Positions 21,255 to 30,607 of a stretch of DNA of 64,000 nt are shown piece by piece (the stretch's first letter is position 1; each line of letters starts with the position of its first letter). A program made the translations under genes and the position numbers. The stretch spans positions 24,634-88,633 of the forward strand of contig JBKCUU010000019.1 of NCBI GenBank assembly GCA_046318155.1. Direction: 5' to 3'. This DNA is from Bdellovibrio sp. GTDB lineage: Bacteria; Bdellovibrionota; Bdellovibrionia; Bdellovibrionales; Bdellovibrionaceae. A model generated the notes under the pieces. The model had not been told where the DNA came from. It saw only the letters and a program-made list of their open reading frames with translations, and ran no database searches.

Positions 21255-21640
21255 AGGATTTCACCCGCCGCCGCCATCGGCTTAATTTGTACTAAGACTT
21301 TACCTGCCGTGACTTGATCGCCCGCTTTGACGTTCACGGCGGTGATCACACCGGGGCCCTCGGACTTCATCGTGTATTCCATCTTCATGGCTTCCATGAC
21401 AAGCACGGCATCACCGCGCTCAACCGACTCACCCACCTGTCGCAAAATTTTGGTGATTTTCCCTGGCATGACCGAAACCAAATCACCCGCGGTTTTCGCA
21501 GGTCCACGGCGTTTGCTTGCGGTATCTTTTTCGCTTTCAAATTTAAACGAGCGGCCGTTCAAATGAATCCAAAGAACACCGGCCACCCATTCGGCTTCGG
21601 CATTGACACGCTTTCCTTCCATTTCAAATTCGTGTCTCAT
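21251..21640 (-). CDS. Biotin carboxyl carrier protein, split from the methylcrotonyl-CoA carboxylase alpha subunit
   Basis: EAMKME biotinylation motif; the ATG at 21640 overlaps the stop of the biotin carboxylase gene. Confidence 0.9.
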   Translation of the reverse strand: MRHEFEMEGKRVNAEAEWVAGVLWIHLNGRSFKFESEKDTASKRRGPAKTAGDLVSVMPGKITKILRQVGESVERGDAVLVMEAMKMEYTMKSEGPGVITAVNVKAGDQVTAGKVLVQIKPMAAAGEIL

Positions 21641-23127
21641 GTGAGGCCCTTCCAAGCATGTCCAAAGGGATTGAGGTGGTCGCCTGAACCCTCCGCACTC
21701 GCCTCGGACCGTGTTCGCGGCGTCGCTTTTAAAATCTTCTCGCACGCTTTCAATTCCCACGCCTCCATCTGGACGAGGCGAAGGGGCTCGGCGAAATGAT
21801 TCTCGATAAAACGCGTGGTCATCTCGGCTTTGACAAACTCTTGGTGAGACAAGATTTCGATTAAGTACGGAATATTTGTTTGAACTCCAAAAACAATCGA
21901 ATCGGCAAGCACACGTTTCATTTTTTGAATCGCGCGCGGGCGCGTTTCGTCCCACACGATCACCTTGGCAATCATGGGATCATAAAAAGGCGTGATTTCA
22001 TCTCCGGATTCAAAGCCGTATTCAAAGCGCCGTCCGGGACCCTCGGGCCAGCGAACAAGCCCGAGCAAGCCCGTGCTCGGAACGCCGCCCTGATAAGGAT
22101 CTTCGGCATAAATGCGGCACTCGATGGCATGACCTTTGGGAACTTTTAAATCGTAATTTGAAAAAACCGCCTGGCCTTCGCTTGTCAAAATTTGAGCCTT
22201 CACGAGATCAACCCCCATGACCATTTCGGTCACGGTGTGTTCGACCTGCAGCCGGGTGTTAACCTCCAGCAAATAAAAATTGTCGTCTTGAACCAAAAAT
22301 TCGACAGTGCCGGCACCTTTATAGCCTGCGGCTTCGGCAATGGCGCAAGCCGCTTCGCCCATTTGGCGGCGTAAATCTGGGGTGATCGAGGGTGAAATGG
22401 CTTCTTCAATAATTTTTTGATGACGGCGCTGAACCGAGCACTCGCGGTCAAACAAGTGCATCACGCGGCCCGTGGCATCACCAAAAATTTGAAATTCGAT
22501 GTGCTTGGCGCGGTCTAGATATTTTTCGAGAAAAACTTTGGGAGAACCAAAGGCCGATTGTCCCTCTCTCTGCGCAGACTCGATGAGCTCCCCGGCCTCT
22601 TTGGCATTTTTTAAGACCTTCATGCCACGTCCACCGCCGCCGGCGGCCGCTTTCACGATCACCGGAAAGCCAATTTTTTCAGCCGCCGAAATCAAGGTCT
22701 CCAGTGTTTGGTCTTCACCCTGATAACCAGGCACGAGTGGTAGACCCAGCTTTTGCGCCAGCTGCTTGCAGCGAACTTTATCGCCGAGTTGGCGCGTGGC
22801 TGATGCGGGTGGCCCCACAAAACGAATTCCAGCTTTTTCAACCGCTTCAGCAAAGTCGGCGTTTTCAGATAAAAAACCAAAGCCAGGGTGAACCGCATCG
22901 GCCCGTCCCGCCAGTGCACCTTGAACGTTGGCTTCGATATTGAGGTAACTCTCAGCAGTCGCAGCAGGCCCGATACAAATGCGTTTATCAGCCATGCGAT
23001 AAGCGCGGGTGGCAACGTCGGCTTCCGAATGCAAAAGAATCGTTTCGATTCCGAGCTCTTGGCAGGCGCGCATGATTCTAACAGCCACCTCACCGCGATT
23101 GGCAATGGCCAGACGCTGAATTCTCAT
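21637..23127 (-). CDS. liuD: Biotin carboxylase subunit of methylcrotonyl-CoA carboxylase
   Basis: IANRGE, HPGFGFLSEN, GGGGRGM, RECSVQRRHQK, EVNTRLQVEH; leucine catabolism context. Confidence 0.88.
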   Translation of the reverse strand: MRIQRLAIANRGEVAVRIMRACQELGIETILLHSEADVATRAYRMADKRICIGPAATAESYLNIEANVQGALAGRADAVHPGFGFLSENADFAEAVEKAGIRFVGPPASATRQLGDKVRCKQLAQKLGLPLVPGYQGEDQTLETLISAAEKIGFPVIVKAAAGGGGRGMKVLKNAKEAGELIESAQREGQSAFGSPKVFLEKYLDRAKHIEFQIFGDATGRVMHLFDRECSVQRRHQKIIEEAISPSITPDLRRQMGEAACAIAEAAGYKGAGTVEFLVQDDNFYLLEVNTRLQVEHTVTEMVMGVDLVKAQILTSEGQAVFSNYDLKVPKGHAIECRIYAEDPYQGGVPSTGLLGLVRWPEGPGRRFEYGFESGDEITPFYDPMIAKVIVWDETRPRAIQKMKRVLADSIVFGVQTNIPYLIEILSHQEFVKAEMTTRFIENHFAEPLRLVQMEAWELKACEKILKATPRTRSEASAEGSGDHLNPFGHAWKGLT

Positions 23128-23906
23128 GCCAAACTCCAGCCCGCTTTACGCTTTTGCAAAAAAGCCTGCAATCCCTCTTGGCCTTCGTCACTGACGCGCA
23201 AGTGCGAGATCAGTTCTGTCGTCGCCGCCTTAGCCTCGGTGCGAGAGAGCTGGGGCCATTTATGAATCAATTTTTTAGTTTCGCAAACGGCCTCGGGACC
23301 CGCCTCACGAAAACTCTGAAGCATTTTTTCGGCCAAGTCCACAGAGCCCAACAGATCAGCCGAAAAGTGAACCAGCCCCATCCGGACGGCATCCGCCGTC
23401 GTAAAAATTTGTCCCGTGAGCATCCAGGGCGCGACCTGACCCAAACTTGTTTTCCGCAATACAAAATCACTGATCACGGCGGGCGCAAGGCCCAATTTGA
23501 CTTCGCTAAAGCAGTACTGGGTTTTTTCTTCACCGATGACGATATCACTGGCAGCGACCAAACCTAAAGCGCCCCCAAAAGCACCCCCATGCACCTGCGT
23601 GACGACCGGCAGGGTACAAGCGTAAACCGCCTCGAACATCTCATACAATTTGTAGGCGTCAGCTTGGTTTTTCTCAAAAGAGAATTGCGCTATATCTTTC
23701 ATGTAATTGAGATCAGCACCGGCGCAAAAGACTTTGCCTTCACCATGCAAGTACACGGCACGCAAGTCTTCACGCTTGGAGGCGTGGGTAAAGACTTCGG
23801 TGATTTCGTGAATCATCTCGGGCGAAAATGCATTTCGCACATCCGCCCGACTCAGCCTAATTTTAAGAACGTGGCGGTCTTCAGTGACCTTCAAATTTTT
23901 CATCAT
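23124..23906 (-). CDS. liuC: Enoyl-CoA hydratase, likely methylglutaconyl-CoA hydratase
   Basis: RNAF, FCAGADL, GGALGL, SEVKLGL; lies between the carboxylase subunits. Confidence 0.85.
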   Translation of the reverse strand: MMKNLKVTEDRHVLKIRLSRADVRNAFSPEMIHEITEVFTHASKREDLRAVYLHGEGKVFCAGADLNYMKDIAQFSFEKNQADAYKLYEMFEAVYACTLPVVTQVHGGAFGGALGLVAASDIVIGEEKTQYCFSEVKLGLAPAVISDFVLRKTSLGQVAPWMLTGQIFTTADAVRMGLVHFSADLLGSVDLAEKMLQSFREAGPEAVCETKKLIHKWPQLSRTEAKAATTELISHLRVSDEGQEGLQAFLQKRKAGWSLA

Positions 23907-25513
23907 TACATCCTGAAAACACCTTGAGATTTGTCGTCCCACTTGCGATTGAGCGAGGCCTGGATACCCAGAGCGACCACTCGGCGCGTATCGATGGGAT
24001 CAATGATACCATCATCCCAGACCCGAGCCGAAGCAAAGTACGCCGAACTTTCTTTTTCATATTTTTCGAGAATGGGCCGCTTAAACTCTGCCTGCTCAGC
24101 GCCGCTCATGCTGCCGCCCTTGCCTTCGATCTGGTCTTTTTTGATGGTGAGTAAAACATTAGCCGCTTGCTCTCCGCCCATGACCGAGATTTTAGCATTG
24201 GGCCACATCCACATCATGCGAGGAGAGTAGGCACGGCCGCACATGCCGTAATTGCCGGCGCCATGGCTGCCGCCAATGACCACGGTAAATTTGGGAACGC
24301 GCGCATTTGAAACGGCCATCACCATTTTTGCGCCGTGTTTGGCGATGCCTTCGTTTTCATATTTTTGTCCAACCATAAATCCCGTGATATTTTGCAGAAA
24401 CAAGATTGGAATCTCGCGCTGGTCGCAGAGCTCAACAAAATGAGCACCTTTCAAGGCGCTTTCGCTAAAGAGAACCCCATTGTTCGCAACGATGCCAATC
24501 GGGTAACCCCAGATATGCGCAAAACCGCAGACGAGTGTCTTGCCATAACCCGCCTTGAACTCGTGAAAGCGCGAACCATCAACAAGCCTTGCAATCACTT
24601 GGCGGACGTCATAGGGGATCTTGTTGTCGCGTGAGATAATCCCGTAAATGTCTTCACTGGCGTAAAGCGGATCCTCGACGGGCCTTGTTCGCAGCGTGAC
24701 GGATCGACGTTTGTTAAGATTGGCGACAATCGAACGCGTGATCTGAAGGGCGTGCTCATCGTCTTCAGCAAAATGATCGGTGACGCCGCTGAGTTCGCAA
24801 TGCACGTACGCGCCGCCCAGGTCTTGCGCGGTGACTTCCTCGCCCGTCGCCGCTTTGACGAGCGGAGGTCCACCCAAAAAGATGGTGCCATTGTCTTTGA
24901 CAATGACGTTCTCATCAGACATGGCAGGAACGTAAGCCCCGCCGGCCGTACATGAACCCATGACCACCGCAATTTGGGCGATGCCCGCTGCGGACATACG
25001 TGCTTGATTATAAAAAATACGACCAAAGTGATCTCGGTCCGGAAACACCTCGGATTGCAGAGGTAAAAAAGCGCCCCCCGAATCGACCAAGTAAATACAG
25101 GGCAAGCCATTTTCAAAAGCGATCTCTTGAGCCCGCAAATGTTTTTTTGCGGTCATCGGGTAGTAAGTTCCGCCCTTGACGGTGGCATCGTTCGAGACGA
25201 TCACACACTCAATGCCGTGAACCAAACCCACACCCGTGACAATACCGGCGCCGGGCGCTTGGCCTTCATACATGTCCCAGGCCGCCAGTGATGAAAATTC
25301 AAGAAACGAGCTGCCTTGATCCAACAGGCCTTCGATGCGCTCACGAGCCGTGAGTTTTCCGCGAGACTTATGTTTCGCGATCAGGTCCGCTCCCCCGCCC
25401 AGCTTGACTTGCTCGAGGCGGCGGCGAAATTCTTGGACCTGCGAGGCCATCGCCTCTTTGTTCGAAACAAATTCGGCTGAAGCCGATTTAACTTCGTTCT
25501 GAATGATCTCCAT
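23906..25513 (-). CDS. liuB: Methylcrotonyl-CoA carboxylase beta (carboxyltransferase) subunit
   Basis: [49 protein letters not shown]. Confidence 0.93.
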   Translation of the reverse strand: MEIIQNEVKSASAEFVSNKEAMASQVQEFRRRLEQVKLGGGADLIAKHKSRGKLTARERIEGLLDQGSSFLEFSSLAAWDMYEGQAPGAGIVTGVGLVHGIECVIVSNDATVKGGTYYPMTAKKHLRAQEIAFENGLPCIYLVDSGGAFLPLQSEVFPDRDHFGRIFYNQARMSAAGIAQIAVVMGSCTAGGAYVPAMSDENVIVKDNGTIFLGGPPLVKAATGEEVTAQDLGGAYVHCELSGVTDHFAEDDEHALQITRSIVANLNKRRSVTLRTRPVEDPLYASEDIYGIISRDNKIPYDVRQVIARLVDGSRFHEFKAGYGKTLVCGFAHIWGYPIGIVANNGVLFSESALKGAHFVELCDQREIPILFLQNITGFMVGQKYENEGIAKHGAKMVMAVSNARVPKFTVVIGGSHGAGNYGMCGRAYSPRMMWMWPNAKISVMGGEQAANVLLTIKKDQIEGKGGSMSGAEQAEFKRPILEKYEKESSAYFASARVWDDGIIDPIDTRRVVALGIQASLNRKWDDKSQGVFRM

Positions 25514-26087
25514 GAGATCCCTTTCCGCTCAAATTCTGTGGCAAACGCAATTTAAAATTCAGGTGAACATGGGCGACGCGCTTTTCTTCAAGATCAGAGA
25601 CCGTCACCACCCACTCTTGGAGGGCGACTTGGTTCTTATAGAGCTCGGCGCGAAGGCCTTCGCGCGAAAGCTCCTCCCATTCTAAACGGACGATCAAATC
25701 ACCCTTCATTTTTTGAAGGCGAGAAAACTGCAACTGATCGAGTTCAAAATCCGCCGGCACTTCCCAACGTGCAATCAAAAGCTGCGCCATTTGGCGGGCG
25801 ACGCTGATCACGACGGCTTCTTCAACCTCACCGCTCGAGGCGAGGTTGTGAGCACGCGCCGGAATAAAAGCTTCGACTTGTGAACGCGAGAGTTTGCGAA
25901 CGCGAAATCCGATCGCCAAATGAAAGGGGCGAACCCAATCTAACGCAGAGTTTAAAATGCGCTTGGCTTGAGCCTGATCAATCGACCCAGTCAGGTCTTC
26001 GGCCAAGCGACCGGCGAGCCCCGCTATCTTCTTGAAGTCCTGTTGAAAATCCCTCAATCTAGTATATGACCTCATATTCGACCTCAC
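25488..26087 (-). CDS. Hypothetical protein, possibly hotdog/thioesterase-like
   Basis: 199-aa ORF coupled to the liu operon; PF...G.RV..L and N...G segments loosely resemble hotdog proteins. Confidence 0.55.
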   Translation of the reverse strand: MRSNMRSYTRLRDFQQDFKKIAGLAGRLAEDLTGSIDQAQAKRILNSALDWVRPFHLAIGFRVRKLSRSQVEAFIPARAHNLASSGEVEEAVVISVARQMAQLLIARWEVPADFELDQLQFSRLQKMKGDLIVRLEWEELSREGLRAELYKNQVALQEWVVTVSDLEEKRVAHVHLNFKLRLPQNLSGKGSHGDHSERS

Positions 26088-26150
26088 GTTTGAACCTATG
26101 GCCCGAAACCAATCAACCGTAAAATCCTCTCTGATTCAAGGAAGGAAGCG

Positions 26151-26615
26151 ATGAAGTATCTTAGCTTGATCATCTTTGCTGTGCTGTTAGCTTGGACTTG
26201 GAACCTCATCCACCGCGAGCCCATCATTTCCTTCGAGACGCACGCTGGCATTCAAGAGAAGCTGGCCCAATTGATCCAACAAACCGTCCTTTCGAAAAAG
26301 CCGCAAGCGATGGATATTCGCATCCAAAAAATTTGGACCGAGCCTCAAGGGACTGACAAAGTTCAAGCTCACTTTGTTTATTCTTTCGAAGAACCCGATA
26401 CCAACGGTAAAAACCTCACCAACCAGATCACTGCGCAAGGTTTGCTCGAAAAACAAGCGGATGACGGCTCTGGGCTTGAGCGCTGGAGTTTGACCAAAGT
26501 TCAAACCACCAACGACGCGGTGACTTTTGAAGAGGGTCTTTATGTCACGCCTGGCGACGAACCGGCTGCAACCGAATCTCCTGTCACCGTTCCTCCTGCT
26601 GAAGTAGGAAACTAA
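26151..26615 (+). CDS. Hypothetical membrane-anchored protein
   Basis: AAGGAAG RBS; N-terminal hydrophobic helix. Confidence 0.7.
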   Translation: MKYLSLIIFAVLLAWTWNLIHREPIISFETHAGIQEKLAQLIQQTVLSKKPQAMDIRIQKIWTEPQGTDKVQAHFVYSFEEPDTNGKNLTNQITAQGLLEKQADDGSGLERWSLTKVQTTNDAVTFEEGLYVTPGDEPAATESPVTVPPAEVGN

Positions 26616-27670
26616 TGGGCTTCCCCGAGCATTATCTCGCCATCGACGAGGATGGATATCCTCTTTTGGGAGAGATGCGAGTGCAAGACCCCAGCGTGGG
26701 CCGCCAAATCCTCAGTTTTCTGCAAACGTTTGAAAATGGCGCGGTGATCACTCAGGTCGGCACCGAAACCGTCTTCGTCGAAGCTTTCGACGAACCTCTG
26801 ATTGCCCAAATGATTTCGCCTCCCATGGGACCCACCATGACATGGACGGGCACTGGGGTTTTTGGCTACGAGTTTCAATTTGATTTGCACAGCCTGACGC
26901 TGGATGAGTGGGACCGCTTTCACGGGCTGTCGGTGGGCCGCATTCCTTTTGTGATGTCCCGCAAAGCGCAGGCGGCCTTTTTTAATCAGCTCGAAGAATT
27001 TGATGACGATTCGATCACCTTTGGCGGCGTCAAATTTGAGATTGAGCCCTGGCTGACATCGAAGGCTGAGATCCGGCAAGAGTCTTATTGGTCAAAAATC
27101 TACCAAACCGAAACGCCCGGCTGGGAAATGAACCAGCCCGCTCCCGCCTTGGTCGATATGCTTCCGCGCATGAAGCTGCCAAAATCTCGGATTCTGGTTT
27201 TGGGTTGTGGCTCGGGTACTGATGCTGCTTTTTTTGCCGATCACGGCCACGTTGTGACAGCGGTTGATTTTTCGCCTGAGGCGATTGAACGCGGACAGAG
27301 GAAGTATGGTCATCTGAGCAATCTTAAGTTTGTGCAAAAAGATGTCTTTGAAATCGATCATACCTGGAACCAGAGCTTTGATTTTATCTTCGAACACACC
27401 TGTTATTGCGCGGTCCCTCCCGAGCGTCGAAACGACCTGATCCAAATCTGGCGCCGCGTTCTCGTTCCGACCGGACAATTGATGGCCGTCTTTTTTGCAG
27501 TCGATCGTCGCGACGGGCCACCATTTGGCGGCACCGAGTGGGAGCTTCGCCAACGTCTCAAAAAAGACTTCACCTTTCAGTTTTGGGGCCGCTGGCGCCA
27601 ATCGATTGGGAGGCGTAACGGAAAAGAGCTCTTCGTGCTTGCAACTAAACGTGACCACCTACAAACTTAG
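26615..27670 (+). CDS. Class I SAM methyltransferase (TPMT/thiol-halide MT-like) with an extra N-terminal domain
   Basis: YW...Y....PGW, LVLGCGSGTD, VDFS, FDFIFEHTCYCA, DGPPF. Confidence 0.85.
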   Translation: MGFPEHYLAIDEDGYPLLGEMRVQDPSVGRQILSFLQTFENGAVITQVGTETVFVEAFDEPLIAQMISPPMGPTMTWTGTGVFGYEFQFDLHSLTLDEWDRFHGLSVGRIPFVMSRKAQAAFFNQLEEFDDDSITFGGVKFEIEPWLTSKAEIRQESYWSKIYQTETPGWEMNQPAPALVDMLPRMKLPKSRILVLGCGSGTDAAFFADHGHVVTAVDFSPEAIERGQRKYGHLSNLKFVQKDVFEIDHTWNQSFDFIFEHTCYCAVPPERRNDLIQIWRRVLVPTGQLMAVFFAVDRRDGPPFGGTEWELRQRLKKDFTFQFWGRWRQSIGRRNGKELFVLATKRDHLQT

Positions 27671-27679
27671 AAAAATTTG

Positions 27680-28369
27680 ATGGAGGCCTTTTTGCAAAAA
27701 ATCCTTGTCTCGCTGATGACCACAAATCTTATGTTCTCGAGCTTTGTCGAAGCCAAGCCGGTCGTTGTCCCCAAACAAGAAACGGTTGTCGAAGACTCGA
27801 GTGCTCACCATCGAGTTGACAAGCGATACTCAGCCGATGCGATCCTCACGGGGATCGGTCCGAGTATCACCGGAACTGCTGGAGTCCAACTCGGTTACTA
27901 TCTCGATCACGATTCTTTAGTGATTCTCGAACTGACTCGCGGAAATCTGAGATCAGACTCCCAGCTGACTTCGAGCACTGTCGGTTCAAAATACGAAATC
28001 ACATCGGGCTCAATCGGCGGCCACTATAAAAACTTTGTCGGCAATTCATTCTACTATCGCGCTGGTGGCGACTTTCGAACTCTTGATTACAAATACACCT
28101 TCACGTCTGGTGTTGTGGATACGGCCACTTTTAAAGGGACATCGCTGGTGGCCAACATTCAGATCGGAAACCAATGGCAGTGGGAAAACTTCACTCTCGG
28201 TTGTGACTGGGTCGGATTTGTTCTCCCCATTTACAGCCAAATTAAAGATGACGTCGTCAACTCGTCGACACCCTCTCTCGAGCGCAAACGGCTTGATGAC
28301 GACGCCCAGACTCTGGTCAAGAGCAATCACATCACCTTGCTGCGATTTTACTTGGGTGCCTCATTTTAG
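27680..28369 (+). CDS. Outer-membrane beta-barrel protein
   Basis: Signal peptide, alternating beta strands, GNQWQW, C-terminal FYLGASF. Confidence 0.75.
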   Translation: MEAFLQKILVSLMTTNLMFSSFVEAKPVVVPKQETVVEDSSAHHRVDKRYSADAILTGIGPSITGTAGVQLGYYLDHDSLVILELTRGNLRSDSQLTSSTVGSKYEITSGSIGGHYKNFVGNSFYYRAGGDFRTLDYKYTFTSGVVDTATFKGTSLVANIQIGNQWQWENFTLGCDWVGFVLPIYSQIKDDVVNSSTPSLERKRLDDDAQTLVKSNHITLLRFYLGASF

Positions 28370-28370
28370 T

Positions 28371-29000
28371 TTACTGATAGATCGGTAAGCTGAGCTCGCC
28401 AATCAGTTTCCAGAAGTCCTCAGGCGTGTCTTTGAAGGACTTCTCGCTCAAAAGATAGCCCGTCATTTTGCGGGCTTTAACCGAGTTCTTCTCTCCCAAT
28501 TTTGAGAAATGTTCATAGACGATTTCGTGCAGGGTCAGCGCCGCGCGCCCACGCTCATCCATCATCTTCCACAGCTCTTCATCGATCATAAAATCCTTGG
28601 TCAAACTGTCTTTTTGTAAACGCCTGATCGCTAATTGTTTGAGCGAACAATTTTTTGGAGCAGCCGCGTGAGCCGTGTCTTGCGTCGGCGTCAAATCCAC
28701 ATCCGAACGAAACTCGACTTGCGAATCAAAAGCCTGATTCCTGCGCGCGTACTGCTTTGCAAGGGCCGGGGCGAGCCGTTCCAGGTTTTGCCACACTTTT
28801 TTAAGAGTCTCTTCACGATTTAAATCTTTAAGTGAGGCCTCCGGGGCCGCCGTCATTTCGGTTAAGTCCAAGACTCGCACTTCTTGTTTGCCATTTTTTT
28901 CGCAGACAAATCCGACGCCACCATTACCGACACCATTGCCATTGTTGCTCCCAGCACCGAGCGACACTAAACTCATCATCAAGACAAACAAAGAATTCAT
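28371..29000 (-). CDS. Secreted hypothetical protein (GNGG...C, LHE motif family)
   Basis: Signal peptide, GNGVGNGG, C...QLA, AALTLHEIVY. Confidence 0.7.
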   Translation of the reverse strand: MNSLFVLMMSLVSLGAGSNNGNGVGNGGVGFVCEKNGKQEVRVLDLTEMTAAPEASLKDLNREETLKKVWQNLERLAPALAKQYARRNQAFDSQVEFRSDVDLTPTQDTAHAAAPKNCSLKQLAIRRLQKDSLTKDFMIDEELWKMMDERGRAALTLHEIVYEHFSKLGEKNSVKARKMTGYLLSEKSFKDTPEDFWKLIGELSLPIYQ

Positions 29001-29011
29001 GCGTCCACCTT

Positions 29012-29677
29012 TTAAAATTGAATCGGAATTTCGTACTTGAGCACATCGCCTTCGACCGTCGTCAGGGTCAAGATGACGTGCTTTGCAATATACTCGGTCG
29101 GAATGTTCACAAGCACCCAGCGGCGCAAAAATCCCTGGCTAGGGACCGTGATCGGCGCGAGGACGTAATTTTCTGGAATGATCTCAGAGGTTTGTGCCTG
29201 ACGTTGACTGTCGCGCACATCGCGCGTGGCGCGCCAACCGGCTCCAGCACCCATAGTGGCCAGCCCCAAAGATTCAAAGCCACCGTTGTTGGAACGTGAT
29301 CCCGAGATCGCGATTCCGGCACCCGTCAAGATGAGAGCGGCCATTCCCAAGTCACTGTTGTGCCGATTGAGCTTTCGCTTGTTCTTGTAAGACTCGGCCC
29401 AGATTTTGAGATCCTCGCCGACGATGACATTATGTGCCGCTTTTGATTGGTTCGGAAACTCAACCTTAACCTGGTCGATTCGAAGCCAACGCGTGCCTTT
29501 GTTTTCGAAGGTAAAATCGATAAAAACATTCGATTTGTCGGAATACTCAGTGACAGGATTCGCACTGACTTCAAGATTCTGGCTGGTACCATCGATTTGT
29601 CGCCCTTTGGCTCCCGGGTGGGTCGTCGCGCAACCAGCAAGCAGCAGTAAAAGTGAAAGCGTCCACAAGTTCTTCAT
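29012..29677 (-). CDS. Hypothetical lipoprotein
   Basis: Lipobox LLAGC; internal Gly/Ala-rich hydrophobic segments. Confidence 0.78.
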   Translation of the reverse strand: MKNLWTLSLLLLLAGCATTHPGAKGRQIDGTSQNLEVSANPVTEYSDKSNVFIDFTFENKGTRWLRIDQVKVEFPNQSKAAHNVIVGEDLKIWAESYKNKRKLNRHNSDLGMAALILTGAGIAISGSRSNNGGFESLGLATMGAGAGWRATRDVRDSQRQAQTSEIIPENYVLAPITVPSQGFLRRWVLVNIPTEYIAKHVILTLTTVEGDVLKYEIPIQF

Positions 29678-29678
29678 C

Positions 29679-30446
29679 TTAGGCCTCTCCAGTCGTCACG
29701 ACGGGCTCTTGGGAAACAGATAATGGAAACAACTGGCAGGCAAAGGTGTAAACTTCGGTCGCGTCACCCTTATCTAAGAGCTTCACGATGTTTCCACGAA
29801 AATCTTCGATCGCCTTTTTGGCCTTGGGAATATTTTTGGGATTGATGGCCATCGTCATCGACGTAAAGTCGCGCTTTTCCAGGGGCACTGATAATTTTTC
29901 AGCAGCGAGCGCCAGTGTTTGTTGGTGCGAACGTTGGATCGAGACCGACGGCTTTTCGGTGATCACGCGAATCGCGTCACACAGTTGCTCAAACTTAGAA
30001 CCGACAGACAAAACACCCATGCGCTCAAGGCGCTCGATGGCTTGGCGCGCTTGTTCGGGGGAAATTCCCAATCGTTCAGAAATCTGTTTGGCATCTTTGG
30101 TCATGCCCTTGACGTGGGTCAGGCTTAAAATCGCGAAGTGCCACCAATCGGCGATCAAGCGAAACTCGTCCTCGGACATCATTGTTTTGCGCTGATCGAG
30201 GGCCGTTTCGCCTTTTGAGATTTCCTCCAAAAACTGCATCGACTCTAAGGGAGAGAAATGTAGGATTTCAGCAATACGGCGGTAGGTCTTCATGGTCACG
30301 ACCCGTTTGCCCGAGATCACTTGCGAGACTTGCGCGGGGCTGAGACCCAAATTTTTGGCAAAAGCCCGCAGCGAATAGGCGGGGTTTTTGTCTTGCCGTC
30401 GCTTGAGTTCGGCGTTGAGTGTTTCGCGAAGATTCTTTGTTTCCAT
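29679..30446 (-). CDS. TIGR02147/DUF4423-family HTH protein
   Basis: NPAYSLRAFAKNLGLSPAQVSQVISGKR, FRLIADWWHFAIL, RDFTSMT, VY....QLFP. Confidence 0.88.
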   Translation of the reverse strand: METKNLRETLNAELKRRQDKNPAYSLRAFAKNLGLSPAQVSQVISGKRVVTMKTYRRIAEILHFSPLESMQFLEEISKGETALDQRKTMMSEDEFRLIADWWHFAILSLTHVKGMTKDAKQISERLGISPEQARQAIERLERMGVLSVGSKFEQLCDAIRVITEKPSVSIQRSHQQTLALAAEKLSVPLEKRDFTSMTMAINPKNIPKAKKAIEDFRGNIVKLLDKGDATEVYTFACQLFPLSVSQEPVVTTGEA

Positions 30447-30463
30447 GCCCTAGAAATAGCCCC

Positions 30464-30540
30464 GTTTCAGAGTTCGGACAAAGCCTTTCTGAAACAGGCG
30501 TTTCAGATCCTGAAACAAATGCCTGTGGAATTTTTGAAAC
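30464..30540. promoter_or_regulatory. Array of GTTTCAG/CTGAAAC half-sites upstream of the TIGR02147 gene (candidate operator)
   Basis: GTTTCAG 30464, CTGAAAC 30489, GTTTCAG 30500, CTGAAAC 30510, TTGAAAC 30534. Confidence 0.55.
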
Positions 30541-30607
30541 AGCAAGCCTCCAGCGAGTCTTTACTTGTATGAGAAAACCTCTTTAATTTTAGTTACTTAA
30601 ATTGTCA

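Noticed and set aside
21641..21955. N-terminal extension of the biotin carrier ORF
   Set aside because: Overlaps the biotin carboxylase gene in another frame; the ATGA-coupled start at 21640 fits better.
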